Below are positions 55,608 to 64,000 of a stretch of DNA of 64,000 nucleotides, piece after piece. The DNA lies in the NCBI RefSeq assembly GCF_055900595.2, contig NZ_CM148325.1; one strand, written 5' to 3'. Both the position numbers and the translations under genes were made by a program. Each line of letters begins with the position of its first letter. Within the stretch, counting starts at the first letter, position 1. Under the pieces are notes generated by a model. The model was given only the letters and a program-made list of their open reading frames with translations. It had not been told where the DNA came from and searched no databases.

Positions 55608-56624
55608 TTAATCATCCGGCGTCAGTTCGCCGCGCAGGTTTTGGCTCATGGCCTTGCGAATGGTTTCAGTATCCAGTTCCTGGCTAAGCAGGTAATGCAG
55701 TTTGGTTAGCGTGGCTTCTACAGTCATATCTGCACCGCCAATAACGCCGGCATGGGCGAGGGCGTTACCGGTGGCATAACCCCCCATGTTCACTTTACCG
55801 GACATACATTGTGTCAGGTTGACTACCACAATTCCGCGATCGCTGGCTTCTTGTAATTCTTGCAGGAAGGCTTTGTTTTGTGGCGCATTACCCACGCCAT
55901 ATGAGCGCAGAATCAATGCTTTCACCGGTTGGCGCAGAAAATTGCGCACGACGTCAGCAGAAATCCCTGGATAAATCGTCACTACGCCAATTGGTTGTGG
56001 GGTGATTGGATGAACGATCAATTCCCCTTCACCGTGCGGGGCGGGTGGCGTATTCAAACGACGAATATGGATACCTGCTTCCAGTAACGGAGGAAGGTTT
56101 GGAGAGGCAAACGCATCAAAACCATCGGCATGGGCTTTGGTGGTACGGTTGCCACGATAAAGTCGATTATTAAAAAAGAGAGTTACTTCGTTGATAGGAT
56201 AATTCGCCGCAACGTACAACGCATTCAGCAGATTAATTTGTCCGTCAGAGCGTAACTCAGCCAGCGGGATTTGTGACCCTGTCACAATGACCGGTTTACC
56301 GAGATTCTCGAGCATGAACGACAGCGCAGAGGCGGTATACGCCATCGTGTCGGTGCCGTGCAGAATGACAAAACCATCATAGTCGTCATAATGCGCTTTA
56401 ATATCTTCAGCAATATGCTGCCAGTCTTCTGGCGTCATATCTGAAGAGTCCATCAGCGGCGTATATTCATGAATGGTGAAATCTGGCATCTCCGGGCGAT
56501 GGAATTCCGGCATCAGCGCCAGTTGGCGTTGTAGATGACCTGACACCGGAATATAACCCTGCTCGGAACGCTGCATCCCGATGGTCCCGCCCGTGTAGGC
56601 GACGTAAATTGATTTCTTTTGCAT
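55608..56624 (-). CDS. ansA: cytoplasmic L-asparaginase 1 (AnsA)
   Basis: 338-aa ORF MQKKSIYVAYTGGTIGMQRSEQGYIPVSGH...; start 10 nt upstream of pncA. Confidence 0.95.
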   Translation of the reverse strand: MQKKSIYVAYTGGTIGMQRSEQGYIPVSGHLQRQLALMPEFHRPEMPDFTIHEYTPLMDSSDMTPEDWQHIAEDIKAHYDDYDGFVILHGTDTMAYTASALSFMLENLGKPVIVTGSQIPLAELRSDGQINLLNALYVAANYPINEVTLFFNNRLYRGNRTTKAHADGFDAFASPNLPPLLEAGIHIRRLNTPPAPHGEGELIVHPITPQPIGVVTIYPGISADVVRNFLRQPVKALILRSYGVGNAPQNKAFLQELQEASDRGIVVVNLTQCMSGKVNMGGYATGNALAHAGVIGGADMTVEATLTKLHYLLSQELDTETIRKAMSQNLRGELTPDD

Positions 56625-56755
56625 GATATTGATATGAATGATATCGAAAGAGCAAAAGTATATACGTGAGGGGCAGCGAGCGCACCTGGATACTCTGTGG
56701 ATATGAGAAAAGTCCGGCAGAACGGAGGGATTAGTGTCCCGCCGGAGAAAAGTGG

Positions 56756-57478
56756 TTAATCCTGCAACGCATAGGTTACGGTGGTGACTACGCGTACCGT
56801 TTTATTAATCGCCGTAGGATCATCTTCATCACTGCCACTGGCGAAGATCTGGAACACGCCTTGTGAGGCATCGCTAATTGACCCCACCTGGCTACCTGAG
56901 TCCGTTGCAAATTGTAATGCTGCGTTGCGTGCATCTTTGGTGGCGGCGGCAATCATCTCAGCGCGCAGTGCGCCAATACCATTAAAGCGATAGGCGACTT
57001 TGCTCTCAGCGATAGCGCCCTCCGTAGCGACTTGCAGTTCGTTTAATTTCGCGACGACTTTTTCGACAGCAGCAACATTATGGGTTTTTATCGTCACTGA
57101 CCCGTCTGCGTTATAGCGTGGCATTGTGGGATCATCTTTCAGATAAAAGGAATCTGTTCGCTTGCTTGTCCATTGGCCCAGGGTTATCTCTTTCTCGTTA
57201 ATCCCCTGAGCATTGAGTTCGGCAACAATTTTTTTCTGCGCGTCTTCCAGTTTCGGGAACAGTTCGCCGGGAATATTACCCTTAAAGTTAATCGCAATTG
57301 TTAATTCTGCCGTATCTGCGCGAACTTCTTTTTCAGAAAGCCCACGCACATTTACATAACGGTTATTGGTTTTCAAATGTTTAACACCATCGCCAACAAA
57401 ATAACCACAGGCGCTAATCCCCAGTCCGAGGACGATAGCGGCAATTAAAGAGGGGGCCTTATTCACTGATGACTCCAT
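56756..57478 (-). CDS. SIMPL/DUF541-like putative lipoprotein
   Basis: C-terminal ~240 codons of track ORF 56756..57925; ATG at 57478 (MESSVNK...) or, better supported, GTG at 57466 with GGAG 6 nt upstream giving (M)NKAPSLIAAIVLGLGISAC lipobox signal; family call from recalled SIMPL architecture. Confidence 0.55.
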   Translation of the reverse strand: MESSVNKAPSLIAAIVLGLGISACGYFVGDGVKHLKTNNRYVNVRGLSEKEVRADTAELTIAINFKGNIPGELFPKLEDAQKKIVAELNAQGINEKEITLGQWTSKRTDSFYLKDDPTMPRYNADGSVTIKTHNVAAVEKVVAKLNELQVATEGAIAESKVAYRFNGIGALRAEMIAAATKDARNAALQFATDSGSQVGSISDASQGVFQIFASGSDEDDPTAINKTVRVVTTVTYALQD

Positions 57479-57717
57479 ATCAGATGCTAAATGAGCAAGG
57501 GAATGTAGTGGAGAGAGGGAGTGAAAGACAGTCCGATTCAGGAGTGTGGCCGACAGCATATCGGCCACATTTTTGTGCACAGAAAACCCCCAGCTAGGCT
57601 GGGGGTTCCGGAAAGCTTTCAGCTTTGAGCCAGTTATTAAAACCCCTTTTGATTTGTTAAAACACCTTGCGGTCTGGCAACTGCAAGTGTCAAACAAGAA
57701 ATCAAAAGGGGGTCCCA

Positions 57718-58176
57718 ATGGGGGACGAAAAGAGCTTAGCGCACACCCGCTGGAACTGTAAATATCACATAGTTTTTGCGCCGAAATACCGAAGACTGGC
57801 GTTTTACGGAGAGAAGCGTAGGGCGATAGGCAGTATTTTGAGAAAGCTGTGTGAGTGGAAAAGCGTACGGATTCTGGAAGCAGAGTGCTGCGCAGATCAT
57901 ATCCATATGCTTGTGGAAATCCCACCCAAAATGAGCGTATCCGGCTTTATGGGATATCTGAAAGGGAAAAGCAGTCTGATGCTTTACGAGCAGTTTGGGG
58001 ATTTGAAATTCAAATACAGAAACAGGGAGTTCTGGTGCCGAGGGTACTATGTCGATACGGTGGGTAAGAACACGGCGAAGATACAGGACTACATAAAGCA
58101 CCAGCTTGAAGAGGATAAAATGGGGGAGCAGTTATCGATTCCATATCCGGGCAGCCCGTTTACGGGCCGTAAGTAA
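57718..58176 (+). CDS. tnpA: IS200 transposase TnpA (HUH/Y1 family)
   Basis: Track ORF 57667..58176 trimmed to ATG at 57718: MGDEKSLAHTRWNCKYHIVFAPKYRR...HIHMLVEIPPK...; HUH motif (HIHML) and catalytic-Tyr region recognisable. Confidence 0.92.
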   Translation: MGDEKSLAHTRWNCKYHIVFAPKYRRLAFYGEKRRAIGSILRKLCEWKSVRILEAECCADHIHMLVEIPPKMSVSGFMGYLKGKSSLMLYEQFGDLKFKYRNREFWCRGYYVDTVGKNTAKIQDYIKHQLEEDKMGEQLSIPYPGSPFTGRK

Positions 58177-58252
58177 CGAAGTTGAATGCAAATGTCAGAT
58201 CGTATGCGCCTGTTAGGGCGCGGCTGGTAACAGAGCCTTACAGGCGCATTTG

Positions 58253-58276
58253 AAAAACCTCCGGCTATGCCGGAGG
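58253..58276 (-). terminator. intrinsic terminator 16 nt downstream of sppA stop
   Basis: minus-strand stem cctccgg / ccggagg with 5-nt loop followed by UUUUU; may lie inside the IS200 right end. Confidence 0.6.
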
Positions 58277-58292
58277 ATATTTATTGCAGGAT

Positions 58293-60149
58293 TTAACGCA
58301 CGTTGGCGCAGGTCAGGCAAAACGCATAACGGTTTTGTGGGTCGTTAAACGCTGCCAGCTTGTCGCTTTCACTTTTAACGGTAGAGGCTACCGAGGCCAG
58401 CGGTGCAGGTAACATGGCCTGGAACGCATCTGGCAACATTGCCCGGACAGAACCAGACATATTGTCCATCACTTTGTCGAAGAAGGTCGGTTCATCAACG
58501 TAGTATTCCAGATGCCACTGTTTCACTTTTGCCAGCTCTGCCGCTTTGGCAACCGCATCATCGAAATCCCCGAGACTATCGACCAGCCCGTTAGCTTTTG
58601 CATCCTGACCGGTCCAGACGTGGCCCTGGGCGATTTTATCAATCTGCTCCGGCGTCGAATGACGCGCATCAGCAACCAGCGTGATAAAGCGTTTATAGCC
58701 ATTCTCAATGCTTAACTGCATCATCTGCTGCGCTTCCGGCGGCAGTGCCTTGGTGATAGAAACATCCGCTAGCGGTGAAGTTGAGACGCCATCGGTATGA
58801 ACACCAATCGAATCCAAACTATTTTCTACGGTAGTGATCACGCCGAAGATACCGATAGAACCGGTCAGGGTGCTGGGGTTAGCCACAATGTAATTAGCTG
58901 GCGTGGAAATCCAGTAACCACCAGATGCCGCCATGCCGCCCATCGATACAACCACCGGCTTACCCGCTGCCCTGGCTGCTGCCAGTTCAGCGCGAATCAC
59001 TTCAGAGGCGGTAACGCTGCCGCCAGGGCTATTAACACGCAGAACAATCGCTTTCACTTTCGGGTCAAGGCGAGCGTCGCGGATTTGTGCCGCAGTGGTA
59101 TCACCGCCAACATTCCCCTGAGTTTCCTCGCCATCCATAATTGCGCCATTAGCGAAGACGACACCGATACTGTCACCGGTATCTGCCGGCGTTTTCAATG
59201 CGTAATCGTAATAACTGATGGCGCGATAATTTTTATCAGTCTTACTCCAGCCGAACTCTTTGGTCAGAGCTTTTTCGATTTCGGCACTTGATGCCAGTGC
59301 ATCGACCAGCTTGTTTTCCAGCGCATATTTCGCGGTATCGCCACCGGTTTTGGTTAAACCCTTAAGCAACCCTTGCGCACCAGGGAATACCTGCTGAGCA
59401 GGGATCTGCCGGTTAGCGGCAACAGTATTCAGATAGTTTTGCCACAGCTCACCGATCCAGCGGCTGTCAGCTTCGCGGGCTGCCGGTGACATATCATCAC
59501 GAATAAACGGTTCAACGGCAGATTTATACGTACCCACGCGGAACACATGGGTGGAAACTTTCAGCTTATCCAGCAACGATTTGTAGTACAGGCCGTTGGT
59601 AGCAAAACCGTGCAGATCCACCACGCCTTGTGGAGATAGCCAAATTTTGTTGGCGAAACTGGCGAGATAATATTGCCCCTGGCTGTAGTTCTCGCCTATG
59701 GCATAAACTGGTTTCCCGCTGTCACGAAACTCTTTCAGGGCTTTGCCGATGTACTGCATAGACGGCTGGTCGCCGCCTGCGAAGTTTTTCAGATCCATCA
59801 CGATACCGGTGATATTGCGGTCGTCCTTCGCCTGGCGAATGGTGTTGACGATATCAAACAGTGAGTTTTCCTGCAGACGATCGGAACTGGCACCAAGCAG
59901 CTGGCGGCTTAGCTTACTAAACCGCTGAGAACTGTCGGGTTTATCGACGATTACACCAGATATGTCCAGCAGCAGCGCGCCACGACTGGCCGTTTCTTTC
60001 GAATCACCACCACTGACCTGCATCCAAATCCCCACACCAACCAGTACGAGAAAAATAAAGAACAGGTTAAGTACCATTTCACGGACGAAATTCAGCAGAC
60101 GCCACGTCCATTTAAAAAATCCGGCAATAAATCGCCAAAGGGTTCGCAT
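58293..60149 (-). CDS. sppA: signal peptide peptidase SppA (protease IV)
   Basis: Track ORF 58293..60161 trimmed to ATG at 60149 ([38 protein letters not shown]...); 618 aa. Confidence 0.95.
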
Positions 60150-60309
60150 GTATTCTCCCAACTAAAGGTCACACCTGTCACAGGCGCAATAGATGTGGTT
60201 ATCGTAATGACCCAACCGGCACTTGTCAGCAGGAATTGCGGACTGTGCTGTAACAAAATCCACTCTCGTGTTAATTTTGTGAATAAATATCATGACAGGA
60301 GTTAATCAA

Positions 60310-60861
60310 ATGGATGCACTCGAACTATTGATCAATCGCCGTAGCGCCTCCCGCCTGGCTGAACCTGCGCCAACGGGTGAACAACTGCAAAACATACTGC
60401 GAGCGGGTATGCGTGCCCCGGACCATAAGTCCATGCAACCGTGGCATTTTTTTGTGATTGAAGGGGAAGGACGCGAGCGTTTCAGCGCATTATTGGAACA
60501 GGGGGCGATTGCTGCCGGTAGTGATGACAAAGCTATCGACAAAGCGCGTAATGCGCCGTTCCGCGCACCGCTCATCATAACGGTGGTGGCAAAATGCGAA
60601 GAAAATCATAAAGTCCCGCGCTGGGAACAGGAAATGTCTGCGGGATGTGCGGTCATGGCGATGCAAATGGCAGCAGTTGCCCAGGGGTTTGGCGGCATCT
60701 GGCGCAGTGGCGCATTAACTGAAAGTCCGGTAGTGCGTGAAGCATTCGGTTGCCGTGAGCAGGATAAAATTGTCGGTTTTCTCTACCTTGGTACGCCGCA
60801 GTTGAAAGCATCTACGTCGATAAACGTTCCGGACCCGACGCCGTTTGTGACTTATTTCTGA
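60310..60861 (+). CDS. ydjA: NAD(P)H nitroreductase YdjA
   Basis: Track ORF 60292..60861 trimmed to ATG at 60310 ([30 protein letters not shown]...); 183 aa. Confidence 0.9.
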   Translation: MDALELLINRRSASRLAEPAPTGEQLQNILRAGMRAPDHKSMQPWHFFVIEGEGRERFSALLEQGAIAAGSDDKAIDKARNAPFRAPLIITVVAKCEENHKVPRWEQEMSAGCAVMAMQMAAVAQGFGGIWRSGALTESPVVREAFGCREQDKIVGFLYLGTPQLKASTSINVPDPTPFVTYF

Positions 60862-60977
60862 TAATTGTCGCGAAACTGTCTGGATTGTGAGCAAAGGCGC
60901 AGGAATTCAGACACTCTCACTTATCACTTCATGGAATGAGGGTTACCATACCCGGATTGCATTGACAGGAGATGTCC

Positions 60978-62021
60978 ATGAGCGAGAACTCGATTCGTTT
61001 GACCCAATACAGCCACGGTGCAGGTTGCGGCTGTAAAATTTCCCCAAAAGTGTTGGAAACCATCCTGCACAGTGAGCAGGCGAAGTTTGTTGATCCGAAT
61101 TTGCTTGTGGGTAATGAAACCCGCGACGATGCGGCGGTGTACGATCTGGGCAATGGCACCAGCGTTATCAGTACCACCGACTTCTTTATGCCGATCGTTG
61201 ATAATCCTTTCGATTTTGGCCGCATTGCGGCGACTAACGCCATCAGCGATATCTTCGCGATGGGTGGCAAACCGATTATGGCGATTGCGATTCTCGGCTG
61301 GCCTATTAACAAACTTTCCCCTGAAATTGCCCGCGAAGTAACCGAAGGTGGACGCTATGCATGCCGTCAGGCGGGTATTGCGCTGGCTGGCGGTCACTCC
61401 ATCGATGCGCCGGAGCCGATTTTTGGTCTGGCGGTAACGGGGATCGTACCGACCGAGCGGGTGAAGAAAAACAGTACTGCACAAGCCGGATGCAAACTGT
61501 TCCTGACGAAACCGCTGGGAATTGGCGTTCTTACTACGGCTGAGAAAAAATCACTGCTGAAACCAGAACATCAGGGACTAGCGACGGAAGTGATGTGCCG
61601 GATGAACATCGCAGGCGCGTCCTTTGCCAACATCGAAGGCGTAAAAGCGATGACTGACGTGACTGGTTTTGGTCTGCTGGGGCATTTGAGCGAAATGTGT
61701 CAGGGTGCTGGTGTGCAGGCGCGAGTCGACTATGAAGCGATCCCGAAACTGCCGGGGGTTGAAGAGTACATTAAGTTGGGCGCAGTGCCTGGCGGCACCG
61801 AACGTAACTTTGCCAGCTATGGGCATCTGATGGGTGAAATGCCGCGTGAAGTGCGCGATCTGCTGTGCGATCCGCAAACTTCTGGCGGTCTGCTGCTGGC
61901 GGTCATGCCGGAAGCAGAAAATGAGGTCAAAGCTACAGCCGCCGAGTTTGGCATTGAACTGACGGCGATTGGCGAACTGGTGCCAGCGCGCGGCGGTCGT
62001 GCCATGGTTGAGATCCGTTAA
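60978..62021 (+). CDS. selD: selenide, water dikinase (selenophosphate synthetase) SelD
   Basis: Track ORF 60972..62021 trimmed to second ATG at 60978 ([26 protein letters not shown]...). Confidence 0.95.
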
Positions 62022-62025
62022 TTCA

Positions 62026-63981
62026 ATGCGGTTGTTTATTGCCGAAAAACCGAGTCTGGCGCGCGCCATTGCTGATGTCCTGCCCAAACCGCACCGGAAA
62101 GGCGATGGCTTTATCGAGTGCGGTAATGGCCAGGTGGTGACCTGGTGTATCGGTCACCTGCTTGAGCAGGCGCAGCCAGACGCCTACGACAGTCGCTATG
62201 CGCGCTGGAACCTGGCCGATCTCCCCATTGTCCCGGAAAAGTGGCAATTACAGCCACGACCCTCCGTGACCAAACAACTTAACGTCATCAAACGCTTTCT
62301 GCATGAAGCCAGCGAAATCGTTCACGCCGGTGACCCGGACCGTGAAGGGCAATTGCTGGTAGATGAAGTGCTGGACTACCTGCAACTGGCACCAGAAAAG
62401 CGCCAGCAGGTACAGCGTTGTTTGATAAACGACCTGAACCCGCAGGCGGTTGAGCGGGCGATCGATCGTCTTCGCTCCAATAGCGAGTTTGTACCACTGT
62501 GCGTTTCTGCGCTGGCGCGAGCACGAGCCGACTGGTTATACGGCATCAATATGACCCGCGCGTACACCATTCTCGGTCGTAATGCGGGTTATCAGGGCGT
62601 GCTTTCCGTGGGCCGCGTGCAGACGCCCGTGCTCGGGCTGGTGGTGCGCCGCGATGAAGAAATTGAAAACTTCGTGGCGAAAGACTTCTTTGAAGTCAAA
62701 GCGCATATCGTGACACCTGCCGATGAGCGGTTTACCGCTATCTGGCAACCGAGCGAAGCGTGTGAACCGTACCAGGATGAAGAAGGGCGCTTGTTACATC
62801 GTCCGCTGGCGGAGCATGTGGTCAACCGCATCAGCGGCCAACCGGCTATTGTCACCAGCTATAACGATAAACGGGAATCAGAATCCGCACCGCTGCCGTT
62901 TTCGCTTTCGGCGTTGCAGATTGAAGCGGCTAAACGCTTTGGTCTGAGTGCGCAGAACGTGCTTGATATCTGCCAGAAGTTGTACGAAACGCACAAGCTA
63001 ATCACTTATCCGCGTTCCGATTGTCGCTATCTGCCAGAAGAGCATTTTGCCGGACGCCACGCGGTGATGAATGCTATCGGCGTCCATGCGCCGGATCTGT
63101 TGCCGCAACCAGTGGTAGATCCAGATATACGCAACCGCTGTTGGGATGACAAAAAGGTCGATGCGCACCACGCCATCATCCCGACCGCGAGGAGTTCTGC
63201 CATCAACCTGACGGAAAACGAGGCGAAGGTCTATAACCTGATTGCTCGTCAGTATTTGATGCAGTTCTGTCCGGACGCGGTGTTCCGCAAGTGTGTTATC
63301 GAACTGGAAATAGCCAAAGGCAAATTTGTCGCTAAAGCCCGTTTTCTTGCTGAAACAGGCTGGCGCACACTGTTAGGCAGCAAAGAGCGCGATGAAGAAA
63401 ACGACGGCACGCCACTGCCTGTGGTGGCGAAAGGCGATGAGTTGCTGTGTGAAAAAGGTGAAGTGGTAGAGCGGCAAACCCAGCCGCCGCGCCATTTTAC
63501 CGATGCAACACTGCTTTCGGCGATGACCGGGATCGCGCGCTTTGTGCAGGACAAAGATCTGAAAAAGATCCTTCGTGCCACCGATGGTCTGGGGACAGAA
63601 GCAACCCGTGCCGGGATTATTGAACTGTTGTTCAAGCGTGGCTTTCTGACCAAAAAAGGGCGCTATATCCACTCCACCGACGCCGGAAAAGCGTTATTCC
63701 ATTCACTGCCAGAAATGGCTACGCGACCGGACATGACCGCGCACTGGGAATCGGTGCTGACGCAAATCAGCGAAAAGCAGTGCCGCTATCAGGACTTTAT
63801 GCAACCGTTGGTGGGGACGCTGTATCAGTTGATTGATCAGGCCAAACGTACGCCGGTGCGGCAGTTTCGCGGCATAGTGGCTCCAGATGGCGGAGAAGGA
63901 AATAAAAAGACTTCACCCCGTAAGCGAGCAGCGAAAAAAAGCCCGCCAGCAGCAGAGGCGGGCAGTGGAGTGATAATGTAA
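62026..63981 (+). CDS. topB: DNA topoisomerase III (TopB)
   Basis: Track ORF 61969..63981 (TTG-initiated) trimmed to ATG at 62026 ([46 protein letters not shown]...); 4 nt after selD stop. Confidence 0.93.
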   Translation: MRLFIAEKPSLARAIADVLPKPHRKGDGFIECGNGQVVTWCIGHLLEQAQPDAYDSRYARWNLADLPIVPEKWQLQPRPSVTKQLNVIKRFLHEASEIVHAGDPDREGQLLVDEVLDYLQLAPEKRQQVQRCLINDLNPQAVERAIDRLRSNSEFVPLCVSALARARADWLYGINMTRAYTILGRNAGYQGVLSVGRVQTPVLGLVVRRDEEIENFVAKDFFEVKAHIVTPADERFTAIWQPSEACEPYQDEEGRLLHRPLAEHVVNRISGQPAIVTSYNDKRESESAPLPFSLSALQIEAAKRFGLSAQNVLDICQKLYETHKLITYPRSDCRYLPEEHFAGRHAVMNAIGVHAPDLLPQPVVDPDIRNRCWDDKKVDAHHAIIPTARSSAINLTENEAKVYNLIARQYLMQFCPDAVFRKCVIELEIAKGKFVAKARFLAETGWRTLLGSKERDEENDGTPLPVVAKGDELLCEKGEVVERQTQPPRHFTDATLLSAMTGIARFVQDKDLKKILRATDGLGTEATRAGIIELLFKRGFLTKKGRYIHSTDAGKALFHSLPEMATRPDMTAHWESVLTQISEKQCRYQDFMQPLVGTLYQLIDQAKRTPVRQFRGIVAPDGGEGNKKTSPRKRAAKKSPPAAEAGSGVIM

Positions 63982-64000
63982 TGCTCTGATGCAGTCAGTT

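Larger units (their letters stand above)
57545..58280 (+). mobile_element. IS200-type insertion sequence (IS200/IS605 family); envelope, exact ends unresolved
   Basis: Contains 152-codon Y1 transposase gene preceded by a perfect palindrome (cccccagc-tag-gctggggg, 57586..57604) and a stem-loop occluding the Shine-Dalgarno (57641..57711), as described for IS200; true element about 0.7 kb lies within this span. Confidence 0.8.

Noticed and set aside
57545-57573. Treating the hairpin plus T-run at 57545..57573 as a stand-alone host terminator feature
   Set aside because: No plus-strand gene lies upstream to be terminated, and the hairpin may instead be part of the IS200 left end; left as ambiguous in the findings rather than annotated as a terminator.
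57667-57717. 17-codon upstream extension of the tnpA ORF
   Set aside because: The IS200 transposase starts at MGDEK (57718), downstream of the SD-occluding stem-loop; the extension lies inside that RNA structure.
57479-57925. N-terminal 149 codons of the 389-aa track ORF (56756..57925)
   Set aside because: This extension runs antisense through the IS200 left end and into tnpA; the lipoprotein signal peptide begins at 57466/57478, so the extension is an artefact of the upstream-most-start rule.

Overview
This window reads as a largely syntenic Escherichia coli chromosomal segment, corresponding (from recalled K-12 gene order, in inverted orientation) to msrC-proQ-prc-htpX ... manXYZ ... fadD-rnd ... 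gapA ... ansA-sppA-ydjA-selD-topB. About 70 protein genes are assignable by direct recognition of their translated sequences; no rRNA, tRNA or CRISPR array was seen. No novel multi-gene system (defence, toxin-antitoxin, secretion, biosynthetic cluster) is supported by the sequence. The only clearly accessory content is near 54.8-58.3 kb: an IS200-type insertion sequence (Y1/HUH transposase) beside a SIMPL/DUF541-like lipoprotein gene between ansA and sppA, and a 160-bp yeaC-pncA junction where K-12, as I recall it, carries the ~10 kb ydjE-ydjL cluster. Also supported by sequence: a yybP-ykoY Mn riboswitch in the mntP leader, five small-protein genes missing from the 60-aa ORF track (mgrB, yobF, yoaJ, yoaK, yoaI), several intrinsic terminators, non-ATG starts (fadD TTG, rnd TTG, dgcP GTG), and an AT-rich GGDEF pair (dgcJ, cdgI). 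All K-12 comparisons are from memory and need alignment to confirm.
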